Shown: positions 1-8,175 of the stretch, piece by piece
Layout: every line of letters begins with the position of its first letter
Numbering within the stretch: position 1 is the first letter of the stretch
From: Candidatus Rifleibacteriota bacterium
GTDB lineage: Bacteria; Muiribacteriota; Ozemobacteria; Ozemobacterales; Ozemobacteraceae
Direction of reading: 5' to 3'
NCBI GenBank assembly: GCA_051747585.1
Contig: JBNJGH010000092.1
Span: forward strand, 1 to 13,133
DNA length: 13,133 nucleotides
Program-made: the position numbers and the translations under genes
Notes under the pieces: model-generated
Seen by the model: only the letters and a program-made list of their open reading frames with translations
Databases searched by the model: none
Told to the model about the DNA's origin: nothing

Positions 1-490
1 TCTTTGGATTGCTTTCTTTTATAAAATTATACAGGCTTTCGATTAATGACTTGATGTTTGTTTGTTCATTTTCAGGGCCGTTTAATAAATCCTGCCAGGA
101 GACTTTTCCTTCCCTGGCGACAATTTCGACTTCTTTGCCGTCAAAAAACTGATCGCCGATAAATTTTTGAAAAGCTTCAAATTTTTTTCTGTTTTTCCGG
201 TCGCTGTTTCTGTATTCAAGAACATCGTTAAAAAGGTTTTCGCCAGTGTGAATCTTTACGTTCTTTTCAGCTTCCTGCAATTCCAAAAGCTCTGTGGCTA
301 TAGAAAGTAGCGGCTGATTTTGTCTTAAAGATGCACTTGTTTTTCTGGAATTATTAGCACCAACAAAAATGTTAAGTTCTTTTATCGGGCCAATGTCATT
401 GAGAGGGAACTCTGGGGAGTCGGATAAAAATTCATCATTAAAATTCTTAATAGTTGAATAAAGGTTTAGATACTCTCGTTTTTCTGTCAC
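1..490 (-). CDS. Putative ABC/AAA_15 (OLD-like) P-loop ATPase-related protein; 3' end runs off the window; probably degenerate
   Basis: Not in the ORF track; translated by hand. The GTG at 490 overlaps the hsdS stop (GTGA), and the frame is open to position 1: MTEKREYLNLYSTIKNFNDEFLSDSPEFPLNDIGPIKELNIFVGANNSRKTS...IHTGENLFNDVLEYRNSDRKNRKKFEAFQKFIGDQFFDGKEVEIV...LYNFIKESNPK. LNIFVGANNSRKT resembles the beta-strand plus Walker A (GxNNSGK[ST]) of this family, with G replaced by R. Confidence 0.6.
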   Translation of the reverse strand, partial: MTEKREYLNLYSTIKNFNDEFLSDSPEFPLNDIGPIKELNIFVGANNSRKTSASLRQNQPLLSIATELLELQEAEKNVKIHTGENLFNDVLEYRNSDRKNRKKFEAFQKFIGDQFFDGKEVEIVAREGKVSWQDLLNGPENEQTNIKSLIESLYNFIKESNPK

Positions 491-1796
491 TTTTTCCTCT
501 TTTTTGCTTTTTTATTTGGGTTTTTAGACTCTGTTGCCACCTTTATCTCTTGCAGTAGCTCTGCGGCGGGTTGGTCGTTCGGGTTCTGGGGCACGAGTTC
601 GCCGCGGAAGGCTTTGGCTAAAATGCTGGCGGTAAGTGTTTCGACTCGTTTTCTGGCTTCTTCCAGTCTGGCTTCCATGGAATCGGCGAGTTTAAACAGG
701 GCTTCAACCCGTTTTACAATTTCTTCTTGTTCCTTGAGTGTAGGTAATGATAATGGGTATTTTTTTAGAGATTTTCCAGTAAGGTGTTTTATTGTTGTTC
801 CAGTGAAAAACTCATTTAGATTTTTTGATGTAGCATCTATATAAAGGTTGAAAACTAGCCAATCCGGCAAAACGTTATTATTTAATCTGACTCTATGCAA
901 TGCTTTTTGAAAGGTCAAGTTGTTGGGCCCACGTTTCCAAACAGCTGCTCGACCGGGCTCTCCGCCTTCACAGATAAAAACATCACCATTTTGCACAGAT
1001 AAAGTCTTTTGCTCTTTTTCATTAATTTGCAATTCTTTTAAATCTGATAAATCAAATGAAAACCATCTTATATTTGTATTACGCAAATATTGAACTGTTT
1101 TCCCAGTGTTTTTGTTCTTATCCAGCATTTTGCCAAGTCTTAGCTCAGCGCAATCTTCAAGATTTTTCTTATGCCAAGAGACATCTAATGAAGAATTCTG
1201 TTTTTCTCGCCAATCTTCTGTTAATTGGCCGGTAACTGCGGCGTTCAGCACTGACTGGCGGCAGAATCGAGGCGGGAGCGGGCCGCGTCGACATGGGTCA
1301 GAAGCCGGTCAAGCTTTGCTACAATTCGCTTTTGCTCGTTCAGCGGTGGAAGTATAAAAGGAGCGTTAGAAAATTTTGATTTGTTTATAATTGATAAAGT
1401 AGTTGCGGAAGCTTCTTTTTCTAGCCAACTCTTTAAGGTTAAACAGGCATAATAGCCAAATTTAGGAATAACACAATTTTCATAAAATTGTATTGAATTT
1501 ATTTGTTGGTTAGTTGCTGTTACTTGGCCAGCAATCCCAACTTTTCCCAGTGAACCTATACAAGTAACCATTATTGTATTTGGGGGCAATAAGCGCGCAA
1601 TTTTCCCACCTTTATTCGAAAGCCTTATAGTAGTTGAATTTATTATTGCGTTAATTCCTAAATCACCAGGTTTTACAAAAAGAATCGAATTTCCGTAATT
1701 TTCTTTGTTCTTTTTGGGAGGTGTATTACCGGTAGTAATTATCCCTAATTTTTTTAAAGTTGTCTCGACCCAGCCTTTTGGTAGATTTTTGGACAT
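487..1796 (-). pseudogene. hsdS: Type I R-M specificity subunit, split into ORFs 1245..1796 (TRD1 half) and 487..1251 (TRD2 half) by a frameshifting deletion near 1261
   Basis: HsdS motifs LPKGW, PPLNEQKRIVAKLD, RQSVLNAAVTGQLTEDWR and PTLKEQEEIVKRVE...SILAKAFRGELVPQNPNDQPAAELL. The start overlaps the hsdM stop (TAATG). The frame changes between RLDS and RQSVL. Confidence 0.92.
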
Positions 1797-3235
1797 TATT
1801 CTGCCTCGGCTTCAAGTAAAGCAATGATCTGGTTTAAGTCGGCCAGTGCTTCTTCAAGATCGGTCATTGCTGCTTTTGCCAGAACTTCGGGCTCGGGAAG
1901 GGTTTCTGAATCTTGTAACGATTCGTCTTTTAACCAGCTTATATCTAACGAGTCATCGCGCTTGTTGATAAAATCCCGGGAAAACATTCTAAATCTGCCT
2001 GTTTCACCTTGATCTTTGCGCTTCGAGCTTCCATCTGGATTTTCGCCAAAGCATTCGATGAATTCTTCAAAGTGCCCGGGTTGCAGGCTGTTGGTTTTGC
2101 CAAAACTCGGCATGTTGGTGCGCAAATCATAAACCCAGACGTTTCTGGTGTTGCCTTCTTCGCTTTTACCGCGGGTGAAGAACAATACATTCGTTTTTAC
2201 GCCCTGCGCATAAAATATGCCGGTAGGAAGGCGCAAAATGGTATGAAGGTTGCATTTGTTCATTAAATCGCGACGAATGCTTTTTCCTGTGTTGCCTTCA
2301 AATAGAACATTGTCGGGCAAAACCACAGCTGCACGCCCGCCGGGTTTTAAATGCCGGTAAATATGCTGTAAAAATGCCAGTTGCTTATTGCTGGTCGGAT
2401 AAGTGAAATCATCTCTGGTGGGCAGTCCTCCGCCTTTTTTGCTACCGAACGGCGGATTGGTCAAAATTACGTCGGCTTTAGGCAGAGTCTGCCCCTTCGG
2501 TGAAAGGGTGTCGCCATAAATCATGCCGGAGCTGTCGTTTTCACTTTCGAGTTCGTGGAGAATCATGTTCATTACACCAAGCCGGTGAGTGTCCTGAACG
2601 TGTTCCATGCCATAAAAGGTATGGTTCTTAAAGCGCTCGTATTCTTTGCCGGTAAGCTCAAAAACGTCTTTCTGGCTGCGCATATACCGGCCCGCTGAAA
2701 TCAAAAAACCACCGGTGCCGGCAGCGGGGTCCTGGACAATTTCGCCGTATTCCGGTTTGGTAAGTTGAACCATGACATTGATCAAAACCCTGGGGGTAAA
2801 ATACTGCCCGGCCCCTGATTTTTTCTCGTTGGCGTTTTTTTGCAGCAAACCTTCGTAAAGGTCGCCAAGCCCTTCCTGCTTTGCTTCAAACCAGTCAAGG
2901 CGATCTATGCTTTCGATCAGAGTAGTAAGATTTTTGGGTTGTTTGATAAAAGTTGTGGCGTTGGCAAAAACCTCACGTATCAATCTGTGGGAATCAGTGC
3001 CCAGCTTAACCAGCATGGTTCGGTAATTATCTAGCCTGTCATCTGCATTAGTCTGGAGTAAATAGTTCCAGCGGTATTCTTTGGGCAGCAGGTCTTCTTT
3101 GCCTGTTTCCTGCATCATTTTAAGAAACAAAAGATAGGTAAGCTCGGTAACATACTGATGGTAAGTGACACCATCGTCTTTGAGAATATTACAAAGGTTC
3201 CATAGTTTAGCGACTATATTCTGGGTTACGGACAT
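1796..3235 (-). CDS. hsdM: Type I R-M N6-adenine methyltransferase subunit (EcoKI-like), intact
   Basis: 479 aa. N-terminus IVAKLWNLCNILKDDG, GAGQYFTPR, SAM-binding motif I DPAAGTGGFL and catalytic motif IV NPPF; located between hsdR and hsdS. Confidence 0.97.
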   Translation of the reverse strand: MSVTQNIVAKLWNLCNILKDDGVTYHQYVTELTYLLFLKMMQETGKEDLLPKEYRWNYLLQTNADDRLDNYRTMLVKLGTDSHRLIREVFANATTFIKQPKNLTTLIESIDRLDWFEAKQEGLGDLYEGLLQKNANEKKSGAGQYFTPRVLINVMVQLTKPEYGEIVQDPAAGTGGFLISAGRYMRSQKDVFELTGKEYERFKNHTFYGMEHVQDTHRLGVMNMILHELESENDSSGMIYGDTLSPKGQTLPKADVILTNPPFGSKKGGGLPTRDDFTYPTSNKQLAFLQHIYRHLKPGGRAAVVLPDNVLFEGNTGKSIRRDLMNKCNLHTILRLPTGIFYAQGVKTNVLFFTRGKSEEGNTRNVWVYDLRTNMPSFGKTNSLQPGHFEEFIECFGENPDGSSKRKDQGETGRFRMFSRDFINKRDDSLDISWLKDESLQDSETLPEPEVLAKAAMTDLEEALADLNQIIALLEAEAE

Positions 3236-3238
3236 GTT

Positions 3239-6200
3239 TTATGCTTCTTTCTGCCACAAATTCCGGGTTATTTCAGTAATGACGGATTTTAATTTACCAT
3301 CAAACACCTTGTTGATTCTATTAAAACCGCCCTCAGATTTAAACTGAGCTTCATTAAAGGCTTCATCGTCAACTATGAATTCTGCCTTCATCTGGTTTGC
3401 AATTCTTTGTAACCATTTTTTCTGTGTCGGTTTCCATTCCTGTTTTTGCAGAATCCTTTCGATGGCTTGGTCTACTCTTTGTGAATAGGGTTTCAACGGA
3501 TCGCCAAGGGCTACTTTTCTTATATAGCCAATTATTCCGGCGGCAATTTCAGCGTTGGTTTGTTTTTGAAAAGCATTGCCGAGATAGGTTTCATTATAGC
3601 CCTGTTCATCGAGTATTAATTTAAGGGCTTTCAAATCTTTTCGGGTTAGATCAGAAGGCTTAGTCAGAACCGCCTTCAACGCAGCTACCTGATTTTTGTT
3701 CTCCTCTATGAACTGCTTGAAACCCTGAATATAATCTTCGGGCCGCTTTTGCCCTTTTCCGTAGCCGATGACTTCTTCCATGAACCTGTCTTCATCTTCA
3801 TTAATGGGAATAAATCTCCCGTTTCCTCCATCGAGCTTATCGATAAATCTGCCGATTCCCGGATGTTTTTCAAACCAGACTTTTACTTCTTCCAGAGAAG
3901 AATTTCGCAGCATCTCAAGGAATGCAATAAGCTTTAAGCCGGTTTTTTGCTCAAGAGCATCGCGAGAATCTTCCCCAAATCTTTTGCGTCTAAGCTTGGT
4001 AACAAACTGTTCCCGGGCAATCTCGCGAGACTCTTCAAGATCAATGGAAAGGATTTCCTGTTCCAGCTTGGCAAAGCTGATTTTCGGATTAACTACCACA
4101 GGCTTCATGTCTGTATGGTCCTGAAGGCTTTTGTAAATATCTACCGCGTCAAAAATTTTGAAAGTCTCTTTATTAAGTTCTTCACAGAGGCGCGTGGCGC
4201 GACCAAGCATCTGTTCGTAGAGTATTCTACTGTTAACCTTGCGCACAAAAACCAGATTGCAGATTTTGGGAACATCTATTCCGGTGGTTAGCAGATCAAC
4301 CGTAACCGCAATTGTCGGGAACTTTTCATTCTTGTAACGTCTTATAAGCTCTAAGGGTTTGTCGGCTGCGCCGGTTATTTTCATAATCATGTCATCGCTG
4401 ATGGAGCCGTGTTTACAATTCATGGCTTCCTTGAGATGAAGACACATGCTGTCGGCGTGTCGGTCATTCACACAAAAGATCAGGGTTTTCTCTTCGGTGT
4501 CGGGATTGAGGTGTGTCGCCAGCCATTCGGCAACCGCCTTGTTAAAACCGGGCGTCAGAACTGAATCATTATACTGGGAAACTTCGAAATCAAGTTGATC
4601 AGGCGTTGTTGCCTGTTCAACCTTGTTTTTCTTGATATTCAGAACCTTAACCCGCTCGCCTTCCTTCCAGCTGATGCCATTTTGTGATTGCCAGGTTTTC
4701 AAGCGCAACGGAGGCTCATGATCAATCAAAAAGCCGTCAATAACGGCCTCTCTATAAGAATAGGTATAAACCGGTTTGCCGAATATCTCGGATGTATGTA
4801 GAGCTGGTGTTGCTGTGAGGGCTATTTTGAAAGCATCAAAATAGTCAAGAACCCGGCGATACTTGGAAATATAGTCGAGACCATCACGAAATTGCAGTTC
4901 TGCGTCAGTCATGCCCTTATCGAGCAGGTAACCGCGGTGGCATTCATCAACAATAATGCAGTCAAACTGGTCGATTGATGGTTTGGTTGCTTCATCGATC
5001 GGATACAGAACCCGCCTCACCATGCTTTGCACAGTGGCAATCTGGACGCTGGTTTCAATATCAGGTTCACTGTCTTTTAATTCTTTTATTCCGAAAATCT
5101 CAGCGAACTTTCTCGTTCATTTGATCTCGGTGTCTTTGAAGGCATTGGCGGCTTGTTCGCCTAAAGAAGAACGGTCTACCAGAAAAAGTATTCGTCTGAA
5201 GCGCTGGGCTTTGAGTAGACGATAAACCAGGGCAATGCTGGTTTTGGTCTTTCCGGTTCCGGTTGCCATTGCTAACAGGGCAGCATCTTTGCCTGCAAGT
5301 ATTGCCTTTTCAACTTTTCTGATTGCTTTTTCCTGGTATTTTCGCAGCTGAAAATCAAATTTAAAATCAAGCTCGGCAAGTTTCTTTTCAGCTGCGGTAA
5401 AATCTATTCGGAAACGTTTGCGCAGGCCTTCAGGTGAATACCAGCCTTCAAGTGGCTTGCGAAGGTTTTGTGGTCTGCGAACATCACAGAACCAGATTCC
5501 GGAAAGTTGTTGGAATTGTCTTAAAAATGGTCTTCCGTTGGTGGCAAAGACAAATGGAATTTTATGTGAATTGTTTTCGGCGTTCACATTGGAAAATTCA
5601 GGTTTTTCCATTTCATCGGTGATCTGGAAATTTCTGGAATATCTTTTCGCCTGATCAATGGCAGAATAAACACTTCTGGTATTCTTTTTTGCTTCAATAA
5701 TTGCCAGGGGTTGAAGACCAACAAATAAAACGTAGTCAGCAGGGCCTGATCTGGTTGGCCATTCAGCAATTGCCTTGTTTTTACCTTTTTCCGGGCGGCT
5801 GCCGTTGGCGTATCTTAAATTTTCGCTATTCACTTCCCATCCGGCGTCACGCAGCTGCTGGTCAATGATTTTTCTGGTTTCTGCCTCGGAAAGCGCGATT
5901 TCATCAGAAACTTCATGGGCAGTCTGTATAGCTTCCTTTAAAGTGCTTTCCGGTTTGTTTTCACTTTCAAGACGTATCTTTTCAAGTTTCTGCTCGTAAG
6001 CCGTTTTTTCAGCTTCCAGCTCAGCTTCTTTTGTCAGCGCTTCCTGCTCGGTTTGTTGAAGTTGATGCCACAGCTTTTGTTTTTCCTGTTCAGCTTTGAA
6101 GCGCTTTGCTTTTTCTTCTTGCGAAAGTCTGGCGGTATTAACGATTTGTTGTTTTAGTTTTTCGTTTTCGCCGGCAATTTCTTCAAGTTGCTGTTTGTAT

Positions 6201-6640
6201 TTAGTTTCCAGGTTTTCAGGAGGGGAGGGCGGTTGAAACGGCGCGGCCCTGAATGTTTTATTTGCCAGCATACGATAAAAATACACAGACATAATGTGAG
6301 CGTAGCGAAGACTTTGTAGCGCTTCTCTAACTTCGCCTTTACCTTCGTGAGCCGCTTTGTTGCCGCTGTTTTTTACGGTATGGAACAGGAATTCCAGCTT
6401 TTGCGGTAAAATGTTCTGGTATTTGAGTTCCCGTAAAAGGTCGTTCTGGGAGGTTCTTTGATCAAAGTAAACTTTGAAATGAGATGCAATATTTTTGGTA
6501 ATGTTTTCGCCAAGAATTCGAAGTTTAACCAGCGCAGCTACAGGATCGGTTAAGCAGTGTTTTTCTGCCGAGATTGCCAGCTTAAAAAGAAACGGATCAA
6601 ACTCTTGTATAAATTCAAAATTCGGCGACTTAATATTCAC
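3239..6640 (-). pseudogene. hsdR: Type I R-M restriction subunit (EcoKI-like), interrupted by a single in-frame TGA at 5117-5119
   Basis: ORFs 5117..6640 and 3239..5032 are in the same frame; the junction reads DTEIK*TRKFAEIFGIKELKDSEPDIETSVQIATVQSMV. Nuclease motifs ADYVLF...IIEAKK...QAKRY; helicase motifs MATGTGKT, DECHRGY, TATP, LLTTGID and QMLGRATR. Would be 1133 codons if read through. Confidence 0.93.
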
Positions 6641-6678
6641 TCAAAGTTATCCTGCTGCAGAGTTATTTGATATCGTGT

Positions 6679-6707
6679 ATTATAATTGCCAACTGTTTAT
6701 AAGGCAA
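6679..6707 (-). promoter_or_regulatory. Sigma70-type promoter of the hsd operon
   Basis: Minus strand TTGCCT (6707-6702), 17-nt spacer, TATAAT (6684-6679), about 40 nt upstream of the hsdR GTG; an AGGA precedes the start. Confidence 0.65.
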
Positions 6708-6792
6708 GTAATACATATTAGAGTTAGCAATTATACATTTGTTTGTAGAAACCGTTTCAAGAGATTGTAGGTTGCTTTGCTTGCAATCTTTT

Positions 6793-6864
6793 CGATACCG
6801 ATAGCAATTCCGACACCCGAATAAACTTCGAAATTCGCTATCGGCATCGGGGCTCGCTTTTCGA
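6793..6864. repeat. Intergenic inverted repeat built from ~6-nt periodic CGAT/ATCG units
   Basis: CGATACCGATAGC (6793-6805) pairs with GCTATCGGCATCG (6837-6849) at 12 of 13 positions; the mismatch is G-U on the minus strand. Degenerate hexamer units continue (cgatac cgatag caattc cgacac / tcgcta tcggca tcgggg). Confidence 0.6.
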
Positions 6865-8106
6865 TTAATTTATTTTTTTGTTTTTGATCAGGTTGATTAA
6901 CCTGATTACTACTGAATCAAAGTTTGTATTTGCATTGGTTATGGGTTCATCAGAATTGTTAATTGTGCATGAAAGGCAGTAGAAGTCTTTGCGGTCTTTT
7001 GTCTGCAAGACCCAGGTATAATTAAGAACTCCCGGTTCACTACCGCCTTTATAACCAACTGTATGCCAGTTCTTTTTGTCGACTATCCCATGGGCAGGGT
7101 TTATTTGAATAGCCTTATTGGCTCTTAAACTGTAAATGGTTTTGCAAAGATTGTCAGTGCTGATAAGCCATTCAAGTTTATTGATTTTAACAGGCTTTTC
7201 CCATTCCTGAATCATTTTTATGGTTTTGCCATCGAGTGTTATTTCTTTGTTTTCAAGGTCGCTAAGAATTTTTAATTTTTCCGGATATTCAGATTTAATA
7301 AATTTCTCGCCAAGCTCAGGATAAAAAAGTTTAAGTTTGAACATTTCGGCAGTGTTGAAAACCGGTTTGCTGCTTTCAGGAAAAACTTCATGCAATTTCT
7401 CTCTGCCTATCAGGTTGAATATGTGATCTGTAGCTGTATTATCGCTGATTGAAATCATTAGATTGGCCAGAGTTTGCAATGTAACATTTGAGTTGTCGGG
7501 CCAGTCCTGAAGAATGCCGCTTGGCAGTGACTTCCAGCTGCTTTTTAATTTTACTACTTCATCCCAGCTGTGCTTACCGGCAGAAATAGAGTCTACAAGG
7601 GCTTTTAATAGATATATTTTAAAAGCTGAGCCTATTGCCATCGGGGTATCAGAATTGATATCAATTAATTTTTCTTTGTTGTTGCGAATAAGGCAAACTG
7701 ATATTTTTCCCGGCATTTCTTTAAACAGTTTTAAAACATTTTCAAGATTATCTTTTGTTATCTCCGGTGCTCCGAACCATAACGTATTTATCTTGCCTGC
7801 CTTGTCGAAGCCTATTCTCGATGCAGCCTTGCCCTTTTCGAAATTGAGAGTGTAAGGCGAAGTTGAGGTATCTAAACTTTCAAAATTTCCCAGACTGTCT
7901 GTATAAATGGCGACTATTTCCAGAATTTTATTTGCCGGAACCTGATCCAGAAATGATTTGGCAAAAAGCTTTTCCAGATTTTCCAGCTTCATTTTCTCGT
8001 CGAAAATATTTTGATAGGCCTGCTCTGCTGTTTCAGCAGCAAACAGCTGACAATTAAACAGACTAAACACTAATACAACAACGACTAAAGAATATCTTTT
8101 TTTCAT
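6865..8106 (-). CDS. Secreted serine hydrolase, class A beta-lactamase-like (Beta-lactamase2 family, Cpe/LpqF-type), 413 aa
   Basis: Start moved from 8190 to the ATG at 8106 because of a GGAGG RBS (GGAGGCATAAAATG) and a signal peptide MKKRYSLVVVVLVFSLFNCQLFA. Motifs: SxxK (GSAFK), SDN (ISDNTATD) and a KTG-equivalent (YKGGSEPG). The N-terminal FAKSFLDQVP domain is typical of Cpe/LpqF-like proteins. Confidence 0.85.
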   Translation of the reverse strand: MKKRYSLVVVVLVFSLFNCQLFAAETAEQAYQNIFDEKMKLENLEKLFAKSFLDQVPANKILEIVAIYTDSLGNFESLDTSTSPYTLNFEKGKAASRIGFDKAGKINTLWFGAPEITKDNLENVLKLFKEMPGKISVCLIRNNKEKLIDINSDTPMAIGSAFKIYLLKALVDSISAGKHSWDEVVKLKSSWKSLPSGILQDWPDNSNVTLQTLANLMISISDNTATDHIFNLIGREKLHEVFPESSKPVFNTAEMFKLKLFYPELGEKFIKSEYPEKLKILSDLENKEITLDGKTIKMIQEWEKPVKINKLEWLISTDNLCKTIYSLRANKAIQINPAHGIVDKKNWHTVGYKGGSEPGVLNYTWVLQTKDRKDFYCLSCTINNSDEPITNANTNFDSVVIRLINLIKNKKIN

Positions 8107-8175
8107 TTTATGCCTCCGTTTGTAACTATTTAAAAATACTTTAGTTGCCCACAAAAACACAAGCCACAAAAAAGG

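Noticed and set aside
487..1796. Phase-variable hsdS (shufflon or simple-sequence repeat switch)
   Set aside because: No second hsdS, recombinase, inverted repeats or tandem-repeat tract at the frameshift is visible in this window.
5090..5119. TGA as Gly/Trp (alternative genetic code) or selenocysteine in hsdR
   Set aside because: TGA terminates other genes here in coupled overlaps (487-489, 9909-9911, 10796-10798), no other gene has an internal TGA, no convincing SECIS-like hairpin is visible, and the site is not a catalytic Cys position.
614..6770. Numerous short antisense or alternative-frame ORFs over the hsd genes (likewise over the hydrolase, SBP and last CDS)
   Set aside because: Shadow ORFs of well-supported genes, with no recognisable motifs.
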